A DNA stretch of 54,635 nt. Source: an uncultured delta proteobacterium. Lineage in GTDB: Bacteria > Desulfobacterota > Binatia > Bin18. Location: NCBI GenBank assembly GCA_963733195.1, contig CAVTCR010000042.1, forward strand, positions 1 to 54,635, in the 5' to 3' direction. The position numbers were made by a program, and so were the translations under genes. Under the pieces are notes generated by a model. That model ran no database searches and was not told where the DNA came from. It saw only the letters and a program-made list of their open reading frames with translations. Shown here piece by piece: positions 43,063 through 54,046 of the stretch (positions are counted from its first letter, which is position 1; the number at the start of each line of letters is the position of its first letter).

Positions 43063-43848
43063 ATGGAATTCAAAGAACTTGTCGGGCGACGGCGGTCAAT
43101 CCGCTACTTCCTCCCCTATCGTCCGGTTGAGCGCGAGAAAATTCAAATCATCATGGAGGCCACACGTCTGGCTTCGTGTGCAGTCAATGCGAGCTTTCTC
43201 CGTGCGATCGTCGTCGAGCGCGATAAACTCTCTCGTGACGTGTTGGAGTCCCTCAAAGTACCCACCACTACACTGCAACTCGACATGGCTCCGGTCCATA
43301 TCTACTTTTATGGCAACCTCAACGCCATCAACGAAAGTCATGGCAAGACTTTGAAAGAATTGTATGATGTTGGTGCGCTTAACGCCACACATGGCTGGAG
43401 TTACAAGTTTATTGACGAAGTGGTGTGGCAACAGATTCTCGAACCGCTCAGCTCGAACAAAGAGGTTCTTCCTGTCGCCGTTGCCATGGACTGCGGAGTC
43501 GCTATGAATCAAGCCCTGCTCACCGCTTTCGATGAAGGACTCGGCGCGTTGTTGACCGCGTTTAACACCGAGAATGCTAAGAAAGTGTTCAAGGTGCCTG
43601 ATCATTTTCTCCCAATGTACGCGATGTTAGTTGGATATCCAGCAGAATCATGGGAAGCTGGAGGGCAGCGGCCACGACCAGCATTTGAAAGCCTGTACTT
43701 TGAAGGAGAGTATGGCGTGCCGATGAAGCGCGACCCTGTCGTCGTGGAAAAACTCAAACAGGACAAGATGATCCAGGAGCCTGCGCCATTACCGTGGCGC
43801 AAAGATGAGGTCCGCGCGTTGTCACGTATGTTTGGCTTACCGGAGTAA
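43063..43848 (+). CDS. nitroreductase family protein
   Basis: GRRRSIRYF, RLASCAVN, DEGLG, VGYPAE. RBS AAGGAG. Confidence 0.85.
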   Translation: MEFKELVGRRRSIRYFLPYRPVEREKIQIIMEATRLASCAVNASFLRAIVVERDKLSRDVLESLKVPTTTLQLDMAPVHIYFYGNLNAINESHGKTLKELYDVGALNATHGWSYKFIDEVVWQQILEPLSSNKEVLPVAVAMDCGVAMNQALLTAFDEGLGALLTAFNTENAKKVFKVPDHFLPMYAMLVGYPAESWEAGGQRPRPAFESLYFEGEYGVPMKRDPVVVEKLKQDKMIQEPAPLPWRKDEVRALSRMFGLPE

Positions 43849-44063
43849 GACAGCAGTCAGTTTTCAGCAATCAGCAATCGGCGAAAAAAGGACTGGGTTA
43901 TGAGGACTAAGGACCGAGCAATAACTCTCCATTTTTCCTGGACTCGGCCCTCAGCACTCGGTCCTCAGCACTGAGAGATTCGCTTACGTCTTCCCTCACA
44001 CAATCTCCGCTTGCCCGTTTCCGTGAACAATTCGGTCGGCTCCAACCTTTTTCGCTGATAGGG

Positions 44064-46085
44064 TTGGCTTGTCTCGTTGGTGTTGTCACTGGCTGTGGTG
44101 CAATCCTATTCACCGAGCTTATTACCTTTGTCCAATGGGTTGCACTGGGCTCAACCGACTTCCCGCTGTATGTGTTGCCCACCCTCCCCTGGTATCGAAT
44201 CTTTTGGATTCCGGCACTCGGAGGTCTTCTTGTTGCCCCGTTAGTCTATCTTGTCTCTCGTGAATCTCAGGGGCACGGAGTTCCTCAAGTTATCGAGAGT
44301 GTTACAGTGCGTGGTGGTAAGATCCGCCCGCGCGTTGCCGCTATCAAATCAATCGCTTCAGCCCTCACAATTGGCACCGGGGGCTCAGTCGGTCGTGAGG
44401 GTCCCATCGTTCAGATCGGAGCTGCACTCGGGTCGGTTGTTGGCCAGCTCCTTCGGGTTCCCCCCAATCGTCTGCCAACGCTCGTCGGATGTGGCGCAGC
44501 CGGAGGCATCGCGGCCGCGTTTAATGCCCCTATCGCTGGAGCGTTTTTCTCACTCGAAGTGATTATGGGCAATTTCGCCATGCCGTCTTTTGGTCCAGTC
44601 GTTCTTTCTTCAGTCTTAGCGACAGTCGTCAGCCGGTCCTACTTTGGCAATCAGCCTGCGTTTATGGTTCCTGCCTATTCCTTGCTTAGCGAATGGGAGC
44701 TGATCATTTACCTCCTTCTTGGCATCGCTTGCGGTCTCGGCGGTGTCGCCTTCATTGTCGTACTCGATTTCATGGAAAAAGTGTGGAGTCGGGTTTCCAT
44801 TCCTAACCTTCTCAAACCTGCCTTAGGCGGGTTGATCCTTGGCATAGCGATCATTTTTGTGCCCAACATCTATGGAGTTGGGCACGCAACGATGGACGAG
44901 ATTTTGCGCGGTGGGCTGTCCTGGACTTGGCTCCTGCTGCTGTTGCCCGTCAAGATGTTGGCAACGACTTTGACCCTCGCCTCCGGCGGATCAGGCGGCG
45001 TATTTCTTCCCTCCCTGTATCTCGGCTCGATTACTGGTGGGCTTATTGGCATCGGTGCTGGTGCACTTTTTCCCTCGATCACTGCTCCAAGTGGTGGTTA
45101 TGCACTTGTTGGTATGGCCGCATTCCTTGCTGGTGCGACCCACGCGCCGATCACCGCCTTCTTGTTACTCTTCGAGCTAACAGGTGATTATCATATCATC
45201 TTGCCTTTGATGCTGAGCTGTTCTGTGAGTACGCTGGTGGCAAAACTTCTGCGCGCGGAATCCATCTATACGATTCAGCTTATCCGTCGCGGGATCGATG
45301 TGCACCGACGCGAAGAGAACCTCATGCAAGCGTTTACTGTTAGTCAAGTCATGCACCGTGAGGTTCCGACACTACCAGAAACGGCCCCGTTCTCCGAAGT
45401 GGTACGACATTTTCTCGCAACAAACTTCCCGATGTGTTTCGTCGTTGACGAGCACGGCCATCTCTTTGGCGAGATCTCCATTCACGATGTCAAAGACTTA
45501 TTTCAGGAAGAAGAGCTACGTGCGTTAATTATCGCTAAGGATCTGGCACACCGTTGCTCAGTCACTACAAGTGCAGAGGAAGCTTTGGCGCGATGCCTGG
45601 AAAAATTTACTCAAATCGAACAAGAACATCTTCCTGTCCTCACACCGACTGGAGGGCTAGAAGGTATCATCTCACAACGGGACGTGCTCGATCTGTATCA
45701 CCGTGAAATTCTGCGTCATGAGTATCTGGGATTGAGTCTACGTAGCGAACAACCGCAAAGCAGCGTCCATAAACATGTGCGGCTTCCGCATTCGTATGTC
45801 GTAGAAGTCGCACCAGTGCCGCCACGTTACGTTGGGAAAACCTTGCGGGAAATCGGGCTCCGGACCAATTTTCACCTCACTGCCGTAGCGATTCAGCACG
45901 GAAATACTGGGGAGCCCGATGAGTTTCCCGACCCGGCACAGCCACTCATCCTCCAAGATCACCTCGTTTTGGTTGGTCGGCCAGCGGATGTACAACGCTT
46001 CATCAACGAAATCGACGAACAGTCCCCACCACCTCTCGCACCGATAGCAGCAGATGTTGCGCTAAAACAGGAACTCTCCAAATAA
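44064..46085 (+). CDS. ClC chloride channel with CBS pair and TrkA-C domain (true start probably ~80 bp upstream)
   Basis: GHGVP, GGSVGREGP, AAAFNAPIAG, GGSGGVFLP, ELTGDY, CBS domains, GKTLREIGLR. Confidence 0.93.
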   Translation: MACLVGVVTGCGAILFTELITFVQWVALGSTDFPLYVLPTLPWYRIFWIPALGGLLVAPLVYLVSRESQGHGVPQVIESVTVRGGKIRPRVAAIKSIASALTIGTGGSVGREGPIVQIGAALGSVVGQLLRVPPNRLPTLVGCGAAGGIAAAFNAPIAGAFFSLEVIMGNFAMPSFGPVVLSSVLATVVSRSYFGNQPAFMVPAYSLLSEWELIIYLLLGIACGLGGVAFIVVLDFMEKVWSRVSIPNLLKPALGGLILGIAIIFVPNIYGVGHATMDEILRGGLSWTWLLLLLPVKMLATTLTLASGGSGGVFLPSLYLGSITGGLIGIGAGALFPSITAPSGGYALVGMAAFLAGATHAPITAFLLLFELTGDYHIILPLMLSCSVSTLVAKLLRAESIYTIQLIRRGIDVHRREENLMQAFTVSQVMHREVPTLPETAPFSEVVRHFLATNFPMCFVVDEHGHLFGEISIHDVKDLFQEEELRALIIAKDLAHRCSVTTSAEEALARCLEKFTQIEQEHLPVLTPTGGLEGIISQRDVLDLYHREILRHEYLGLSLRSEQPQSSVHKHVRLPHSYVVEVAPVPPRYVGKTLREIGLRTNFHLTAVAIQHGNTGEPDEFPDPAQPLILQDHLVLVGRPADVQRFINEIDEQSPPPLAPIAADVALKQELSK

Positions 46086-46580
46086 AGCGACTCACCCCAA
46101 CCATTATGGAAGCGTTATGAGAAGATCCATTCTCGCTCTGATCTGCACTCTTTTCTGGCTCTCTGTAACCCTGGACCAAAGCGATGCGATCGACACCTAC
46201 GTTCAGGACAGGCTTGCCAAAGGGCTTTCAGAAATAAATCGGCACATTGGTAGGCATAGCCCGTCTTCGGATGAGGGGAAAAGGAAGAGCGCTCTTCTTT
46301 TTCCCCTTTTGCCCTTTTCACCGTTATCCCTTCCTAACCTCGTAGGGCAAGCTGTGCCTGCCGATCCCTACACGGAGGTAAACCGCTGTTGACGAGCCTT
46401 CTTCCACCATTGTCCCACTACCAACAACACCAGGCCGGTGCTCAGCAGCGTTCCGCCGTCTCCCTGGCCCCCGCCCAGCGGCGCAGGCGTCCTTCGCGTG
46501 CCTTGCGCCGTCTGGTTGAGAGGTGGTGCACCTGACCACGGTTAAATGTGGAGCTGCCCGTCAGGGTGGCTACCTAAAGT

Positions 46581-49183
46581 TTAGCGATTCATGTGCGACG
46601 CTCTGGGCAACGCTCTAAGATTCGTCAGCATCGGCGGCGGTGGAGGACAGGTACCCTGCATCCTCAGTGCATCCCTAAAGTCGTCCCCTTCGGAGCGGAG
46701 GTGCGGCGGTGGTGCCATCGATAGATTTCAGGAACACCAGCAGATCTGCCCGCTGTGCCGCGGTCAGCTCCGTCTGAATCGTGGTCGTCGGCGGAAATTC
46801 CACCCCATCCGCCCCCAAGCCGTGTAGCGGGAAGACCTCCTCCAGGGTCTGGGCTTGGCCGCGGTGCAGATACGGCGCGTGATAGTTGATACTGAGCAAC
46901 GATGGCACGTTGAAGCCATTCACCCCAAACGCCGTGCTGGCGGCGGCGTTGTCGCGGATCTCTAAGGGATTAGTGAAATCGAACGTCCCCACCTTCTCGA
47001 GATATTTGATGGTGAGGTCGTTGCAGGTGAACGAGAAGAACTCGTTCGCCGGATGCTGCCAGGCCGCGCCGCCGGTACGAGCCTGGTGACGCCGGGGTCC
47101 AAGGGCGCCACATTCTGAGCGACGGCGGCGGGGTTGTCGCGGTGGAAGATCTGGCTCTTCGTCCACTTGGCTCCGCCGTGACAGGATGCGCAATTGGCCG
47201 CAAAGACCGTCTGACCAGCCGCCAGCGCCCCCGCATTACCCTGCGGCTGGCGTAGCGGCCGCACGGCGGCGAAGATCCACAGCGTCTGGGCATCGAGGGC
47301 CTCACTGCCCCCCTGCACGATACCATGGTCGTAGATCGCGGGGTTCGCCAGGGTCGTGTTTCCCTTGGCGAAACATTGTCCGGGGTCGAAATCATCGCTG
47401 GCGAAGCCGCAGCCCCCCTGGGTGGCCCGGGAGTTGGCATTGAAGTCGGTGTTGCTGCCGCGTACGGCGCTCCAGTTGAGGAGCTTTTGATCAGCCGGGT
47501 TCTGTTTTGAGAACATCCCGTCCAGCGGGAGCGTCTGCCGCGGCCCGGTGCCGAAGGACCAGGTTACGCCATCGGCCAGCCCGTCCGGATGGCAGGACCC
47601 GCAGCTGCTCCAGGCGTCTTTCGACATCTTGCCCTTGAAATTCCGCGGGACGAAATCGCGGATCGGGGTGCCGAAGATGTCATTGTCCGGGATGCCGAGG
47701 GCGGTAAAGAAGGCGAGCTTGCCCACTAGGACGGCGTGCTCGAAGCTGCCAGGGGCAGGGGGCTCGGCGGAGTCGATGTCGAGTTGGAGCGTGAGGCAAA
47801 AACCGTCATCAACGTTCATGGACGTGACCGAGAAATTGGCCTCGTTGTTGGCGTAGCCGCGTGTCCCATCCTTGCGCATGGCCACCCCGCTCGGCAGGTT
47901 GCCCGTCTGGATACGGCAGTCCACTCCGGTTCCGGCCGCGTTCAGGATGTTGAGCTCGCCGGTTGCCGGATCAGCGAGAGTGGCGCGGATCACCTGGTTG
48001 CCGCCCCGGCTGACGATCAGGAACTTGTCGCCGGCGGCATTGGCATCGATGTGCACGATGTCGTTGCCGAACGTCTTGTCGAGGCTGGGAGGAGGCAAGG
48101 CACGTCTCCACGTCGATCTGCTTGTTCAGGTTCCTGTTCTGGAGTCCAGCCCCTACCTCCGCCAGAGCCGTAGTGTCCACGACGTTGACGAGAGCCTGCA
48201 CGTTCACCGTCGCTGCCTCTGGTGGCTCGGGCTGGGCGCCGATGTTGGGCAGATACAGACGGTTGCCGCGAATCAACGCCGACAGGAGTTGGTTGGGGAA
48301 CACGCCTTGCGGGTTGTTCGCGTTTACGGGATCAGTTCCAGGCTTGTCCGGGTCCGGGCAGAAGATAAGTGGAGTGGGGTTGGGGAGACAGTGGCTTTCG
48401 TGCAGAAGGCCGTGCGGCTGGCGGTAAAGCCGGAATCGGCGAGGGGGGCTAGGGTAATTTTGGTGATCGGCGGATTGGCATTGCCCGCAGGAAAGGCCTG
48501 GACAACCCCTCGTTTCCCGAGATCGCGCGTTCTCACCATTACCGTTGAACGTGGGGTCGTTGAAGTTGGGATTGAGTTCGGCGAAGATCTGGGTGACGAA
48601 GACCGTTTCGTCCGCGTCGTCTGCGTCACCGTCATTCGTGATCGCAAGGGCGGTGGGATTGCGTCCAACATTCACTTTCCCGGACCGCGTCCGGGAGGCT
48701 GTGTCGATGATGGCGACAGTGCCTTCCGTGTGGTTGGCCACATAGAGCAAAGTTCCGTTCGGCGTCAGCGCACAGCCCCGTGGCTCGGTGCCGACAGGGA
48801 TCGTCGCCACGACCCTGCGCCTGCGCCAGGTTAACGACCGAGACGGTACCGCTGATGCCGTTGGTGACATACGCTTCCTGGTCGTTAGGGTGGATAGCCA
48901 CGCAGCGAGGCTCTTCGCCAACGCCGATTTCGGCAATCTTTACGCCGATATCGTTGCCCTGCGCATCTTTGACTCTGAGAATTGATACGCTGTTCGCCTC
49001 GCGATTGACGACGACGACACGGTGTTCGTCGGAGGTCAAAGCGATGGTGGTTGAGTGGCTGGCGGTTGCAGCCGTTTGCCCCCACGCTGGTGCCGCGACT
49101 AGCGCCCAGAGGCACAAGGCGGACGCGAGACTAGTATACGGCCTTCGGGGGAAAGCACGATGGTAATGTGTTCTCGTTCTCAT
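46581..49183 (-). CDS. secreted YncE/YVTN beta-propeller + diheme cytochrome c peroxidase-like protein (frameshifted)
   Basis: Signal peptide, YVTN repeats, heme motifs CGSCHPDG and CASCHGG, RQTLPL, FNVPSLL, APYLH.G.AQTLEEV. Confidence 0.85.
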
Positions 49184-49225
49184 AGGTTTCTCCTTCTATG
49201 TCGAGGGATCACGTGGATAGTGGAC

Positions 49226-50132
49226 TCACAGCATGAAGCAGTGCCGCCGTTCACCATTAGCCCCGCCACACACTGCTACAACCGTGCCGGGGAGGTAGGC
49301 GCGATTGTCCTTAATGAGGACGCTTTGCAGAAGATTGGGGAACGCCATGGTCGGTACATTGGGGGTACCACCAGTACTAGGAGGAGGATCAGGAACGAAC
49401 TTGATCCGGTTCAACACATCGCCCCGCGAAGCGAAGCCGATGTCTATGGGTGCAAGTGCTACGGTATCCACCACACGGTCTTGCTTCGTGTTAATGACGA
49501 CCACACGGCCTTCTCTGCCATCGTCTGTGCCTTCATCGGCTGGGGTTTTGCCTGGGCGAAGCTGTGCCAAGAATAGTGTCACGAACACTGTACTGCCGTC
49601 TTCGCTAATGGCCAGAGCGCGGGGTTTCGGACCAACCCGTTTAATGGTTCTGATAACCTTATCATCGTTGGTGCGAATCACCGAGACGTCATCAGAGGAG
49701 AAGTTGGTGATGTACAATTTTTTTCCGTCCGGTGTCAGAGCACAACCAAAGGGTTCGGCTCCGACTGTGATCGTTTTGATGACTTGATAGGTTTGGGCAT
49801 CAATAACTGAGACCGTCCCACTCCCCATGGTTGGTGACATAGGATTTCGTATTGTCCGGGGTCAGAGCGACGCACACCGGATCATCACCCACCAGAATTT
49901 CAGCGACCTTTTGGTTCTTATCACCGCCAACTTCGTGCACAGTGACCGAGTCGTTCTGAACAGGTTCGATAAACTCGACGTTCGGGTTGACCACCCAGAC
50001 AAACTTATCGTCACTCGTCAGAGCGATCGGACTCGAGTTTGTTGACACGGCGAAAACGTAGCCACTCGGTATGCTCGCCCCTACTATGGCAAGAAGCATA
50101 GTACACAAAAAAATCGTTCTACTTTGTTGCAT
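49226..50132 (-). pseudogene. truncated YncE/YVTN beta-propeller paralog
   Basis: Signal peptide, SSPIALTSDD, YVTN, GAEPFGCALTPDG, AFPNLLQS. Similarity to the downstream gene ends at RAYLPG. Confidence 0.75.
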
Positions 50133-50503
50133 AAAAAATTCTCCTTTTACTGTCTTACGTTTCCACAGCGTTTTCCCTCTCTTTCCTTAGTAGTGCCTTC
50201 AGTAGCGTAAAGCGCGCCACGTGCTGTGGGAAGGTGGTAGAGAAACGGAAAAACTCCGGGAGAAGCTTGAGGCTCCCTCACAAGATGAGTGCCCTGTCGG
50301 GAAGGACTTAGGGGGGTTCGGGCGGTTGTCATCAGGGATTTTCCGTGTGTAGTTAGTTCAGTCATATTTCTGTAACAAATGAAAGCAAGCGGTGGTTTAT
50401 CACCATTCGTTACGTCATTAAGCGTGTCCTCCTTTCTCTCTTGTACGAAGCAGATGAGTGAGGTATGCTGTTTCGCAGTGGAGTGCCGAATTGGTCGACC
50501 AGG

Positions 50504-50731
50504 TTATGAAGTTTTCGGCTGCCCTCGGGGTTGAGCAGCCAGGGTGGTCAGTATCCGAGCCATAAACGCCAGCATTTCCTCCACTGACTGAAACACCGTC
50601 GCTTGTCCTGAGACCACGTGCTCAACTCGGCCCGGACATGGACTCTGTCCGATCGTAGCGTTGGCGCGAAACTGCACCACAAACGCCCGACTAGATAGCA
50701 AACGCCCCTCTCTCTTGATGGTAGCTTGCAT
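50504..50731 (-). CDS. small hypothetical protein divergent from the wHTH-AAA regulator
   Basis: AGGAG RBS; RAFVVQFR...GRVEHVVSGQAT.F.S.EEMLAF. Confidence 0.7.
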   Translation of the reverse strand: MQATIKREGRLLSSRAFVVQFRANATIGQSPCPGRVEHVVSGQATVFQSVEEMLAFMARILTTLAAQPRGQPKTS

Positions 50732-50829
50732 GTAGATCTCCTGGGCTAATCGATAGTGGTGTGGTGTTCGCCTCTATTTTGCACGCCGCGAAGATAACCA
50801 TAAACTGATGCAGCAGTCCTAAAAGAAAA

Positions 50830-50862
50830 CGAAAATTTCTCGAAAATTTCTCGAAACTCTTG
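50830..50862. promoter_or_regulatory. 11-bp tandem direct repeats (putative wHTH binding sites)
   Basis: CGAAAATTTCT CGAAAATTTCT CGAAACTCTTG immediately upstream of the regulator. Confidence 0.55.
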
Positions 50863-50873
50863 CAATGTGTCTT

Positions 50874-53800
50874 ATGCAAGAAAAGCAGATTCTTTTGTCT
50901 GATACTGTTCGCATCGATTTGGCGAACGAGTGCATTTGGTACAAAGACGAAGAACGACGACTCACACGCAAAGGCTTTGCTACCCTACGTTATCTTATCG
51001 AACATGCCGGACGACTGGTCTCCAAAGAGGAACTTCTCCACACCCTGTGGGCAGATGTCTCGGTTGGGGATGCAGTACTTACGGTCGCAATCGGCGAGAT
51101 TCGCAGAGCCTTGGAGGATGACCCAAAAGCGCCGCGTTTTATCGCTACTGTCCACCGGCGCGGATATCGGTTCATCAGGGAAGTAGTCAGTCGGAAGGAA
51201 GCAGAAAAGCAACAAACAACGCAGGCTGAAGGCTTCAGGCTGAAGGCTTCAGGGCCGCCTCCTTTTTCCTTCTCTAGCCTCCAGCCTACAGCCTTTAGCC
51301 TTTCTCAGTCCTCAGCCTTTAGTTCTCAGCACTCTCTATTAGTAGGTCGCGAAGAAGAACTTGAACAACTCAACCGCTGGTTCGAGAAAATGTTGGGGGG
51401 GGAACGCCAAATCTGTTTCATCACTGGCGAGGCAGGTATTGGAAAAACCGCTATCATCGACACTTTTCTTCAACACGTAGCCGCAACTCACGATCTTTGG
51501 ATTGGTCGCGGACACTGTGTTGAACAATTTGGCGTGGGCGAAGCGTATCTGCCGGTGCTTGAAGTCTTAGGACAGCTTGCCCGAGACTCGCGACAGGATC
51601 AGCTCGTTACAGCCTTGCGGCATTATGCCCCAACCTGGCTTATGCACCTGCCTTCCTTAGTGAATCCAGCAGAGCTGGCAGCGTTGCAACAACGGAGTTC
51701 CGGAGGAACGCAAGAGCGCATGCTGCGCGAGATTGCTGAAGCTATCGAATCAGTAGCCAGAGAGCGACCTCTCATCCTGGTATTTGAAGATCTCCACTGG
51801 AGTGACTATTCCACACTCGACTGTATTGCTGTGCTCGCTCGGCGACGATTACCGGCTCGGTTACTGATTTTGGGAACGTATAGACCTGTAGAGGTTATCG
51901 TGGGCGACCATCCATTACATACCCTCAAGCAGGAGCTCCAGTTACACACAGAGTGTGATGAACTGCCCTTAGAGCCACTCCCTGAAGATGCCATTCAACA
52001 ATACCTGACTAGGAGGTTCCCTGGCTTCGAGTTGCCAGCAACATTAGCGCAGGTGATCTATCAGCGAACCGAGGGTAACCCATTATTCGTCGTCAACCTC
52101 GTTCAGGACTTTGTCGGACAGGGAATGATCGAAGAAAACAACGGACACTGGCGTGTTTCCGCAAACGCGGAAACAACGGTCGCCAGCGTGCCAGCCAGTG
52201 TCCGGAGGATGGTTGAACACCAACTTTCTAAACTGCCAGCAGCCGATCTGCGCGTCTTCGAAGCAGCAAGCCTCATCGGCAGAGAATTTACGGTTGAGGC
52301 GCTTGCGGCAGCCTTGGACACGGAAATCACAACGTTGGATGAACGCTGTGAAGCTTTCGCCAGACGTAGACAGTTTCTCCATCCCACGGGCGTCGAAGAA
52401 TCAACAGAGGGAACCATCAGCTCTCGCTATGGGTTTCTGCACTCGTTGTTCCAAGAAGTCCTCCACGAACAGGTGGGAGCAGGCCGCCGGGTACGGCTTC
52501 ATAAGAGCATTGGTGAGTGGAAGGAGTTTCGCTATCAACGTCACAGGAGTGAGATGGCCGCCGAACTGGCCGCACATTTTGACGAAGGACGAGACTATGG
52601 TCGTGCGGTCTACTATTTCCAGCTCGCCGCGGAGAATGCCGTGCGCCGTTACGCCCACCGCGAAGCTCTACGTTATCTCACCAGAGCGCTTCATCTGTTA
52701 CCTCGCCTTCCAGACACTGCCAAGCGGACACAGCAGGAGTTGCGTCTTCAGGCTACTCTGGGGTCTATCCTGGTGACACTCAAAGGGACGGCTGCGCCTG
52801 AGGTCGAACAGGCATATCTGCGTGCCCAAGAACTCTGCCACCAGTCCGGAGAGACCACACCGCTTTTTCCGATACTCCGCGGCCTTTTCGCCTCGACAGT
52901 GATGCAAGGGAAGCTCGCCACCGGCCGGCAGTATGCCGAGCAACTACTTCAACTCGCGCAGAACGGTGATGACTCGGCGTTGCTACTGCAAGCGCATTAC
53001 GCCTTAGGAATGACGCACTACCGGCAAGGAGCATTTGTAACAGCGCAGGACCATCTGAGAAAATGCCGGTCGCTGTATGATTCGCAGCAGCACTTTTCGC
53101 ATGCAGCCGTGTATGGCGGAACCGATCCTGGAGTTGGAGCGTATAGCTTTATGGCCTGGACGTTGTGGCACCTTGGGTATCCAGACCAGGCGCTCAGCCA
53201 AAGCCGCGCCGCGATGACGTTGGCGCAATCGCTCTCACACCCTTACAGTCAGGCCTTTGCCTTAAACTTTGCCGCGTGGGTACATAAACTTCGGCGTGAG
53301 GCCGTAGCTACTCAAGCACAGGCAGACGCGGCCATCGCTATCGCGTCCGAGCATGGATACTCACAGATGCTAATGTTAGGGAAGATTCTTCGCGGATGGG
53401 CACTGGTCACACACGGACGCACAGCAGAGGGTCTGCACGATCTGCAACGCGGCATAGAGGATTGGCATGCGACTGGCACCAAAGACGGACGACCATATTT
53501 CTTAGCGATGCTCGCAGAAGCGTACAGCAAGGAGGCGCGTGTCGAAGATGGACTCTCTCTCGTGAATGACGCGATTGCGATTGTCCACGAGACCGGAGAA
53601 TGTGTCCACGAAGCCCACCTGTATCAACTCAAAGGGATACTCTTGCTAGCGCAGGATAGAACTGTCGAAGGATCAAAAAGCAAAAGTCAAAGGGCAAAAG
53701 TCAAAGGGCAAAAGTTAGGAAATACCGACCCCCGTTCCCTGACCCCCGACCCCCGAACTGAAGCCGAAGCGTGTTTTCAACACGCGCTACAAGTTGCTCG

Positions 53801-53981
53801 TCACCAGAAGGCCAAAGCGTTGGAGTTACGTGCAACCATGAGCCTCAGCCGCCTCTGGTATCACACTGGGAAGCAGCGTCAGGCGCGACAGCTTCTCGCA
53901 AAGATCTATGGCTGGTTTACTGAAGGGCACACCACCGTAGACCTCCGTGAAGCGAAGGATGTCCTCGACCAGTGGTCGTGA
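50874..53981 (+). CDS. winged-HTH + AAA ATPase + TPR transcriptional regulator (intact)
   Basis: LVSKEELL..LW, VHRRGYRF, Walker A GEAGIGKT, FEDLHWSD, GNPLF, TPR region, WFTEG. Confidence 0.92.
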   Translation: MQEKQILLSDTVRIDLANECIWYKDEERRLTRKGFATLRYLIEHAGRLVSKEELLHTLWADVSVGDAVLTVAIGEIRRALEDDPKAPRFIATVHRRGYRFIREVVSRKEAEKQQTTQAEGFRLKASGPPPFSFSSLQPTAFSLSQSSAFSSQHSLLVGREEELEQLNRWFEKMLGGERQICFITGEAGIGKTAIIDTFLQHVAATHDLWIGRGHCVEQFGVGEAYLPVLEVLGQLARDSRQDQLVTALRHYAPTWLMHLPSLVNPAELAALQQRSSGGTQERMLREIAEAIESVARERPLILVFEDLHWSDYSTLDCIAVLARRRLPARLLILGTYRPVEVIVGDHPLHTLKQELQLHTECDELPLEPLPEDAIQQYLTRRFPGFELPATLAQVIYQRTEGNPLFVVNLVQDFVGQGMIEENNGHWRVSANAETTVASVPASVRRMVEHQLSKLPAADLRVFEAASLIGREFTVEALAAALDTEITTLDERCEAFARRRQFLHPTGVEESTEGTISSRYGFLHSLFQEVLHEQVGAGRRVRLHKSIGEWKEFRYQRHRSEMAAELAAHFDEGRDYGRAVYYFQLAAENAVRRYAHREALRYLTRALHLLPRLPDTAKRTQQELRLQATLGSILVTLKGTAAPEVEQAYLRAQELCHQSGETTPLFPILRGLFASTVMQGKLATGRQYAEQLLQLAQNGDDSALLLQAHYALGMTHYRQGAFVTAQDHLRKCRSLYDSQQHFSHAAVYGGTDPGVGAYSFMAWTLWHLGYPDQALSQSRAAMTLAQSLSHPYSQAFALNFAAWVHKLRREAVATQAQADAAIAIASEHGYSQMLMLGKILRGWALVTHGRTAEGLHDLQRGIEDWHATGTKDGRPYFLAMLAEAYSKEARVEDGLSLVNDAIAIVHETGECVHEAHLYQLKGILLLAQDRTVEGSKSKSQRAKVKGQKLGNTDPRSLTPDPRTEAEACFQHALQVARHQKAKALELRATMSLSRLWYHTGKQRQARQLLAKIYGWFTEGHTTVDLREAKDVLDQWS

Positions 53982-54046
53982 GATGTTGCGTTCACGTGTC
54001 TGGCTGACGGCAGGCGTAGCCAGCCCTACGAGTTCAGCATAGGTTT

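Noticed and set aside
46117-46392. 91-aa ORF with signal-peptide-like start
   Set aside because: Most of it is REP-like and periodic repeat sequence; at best a gene remnant.
47872-48834. 320-aa plus-strand ORF and other long overlapping ORFs in the peroxidase region
   Set aside because: GC-rich antisense shadows of the minus-strand YncE/peroxidase gene.
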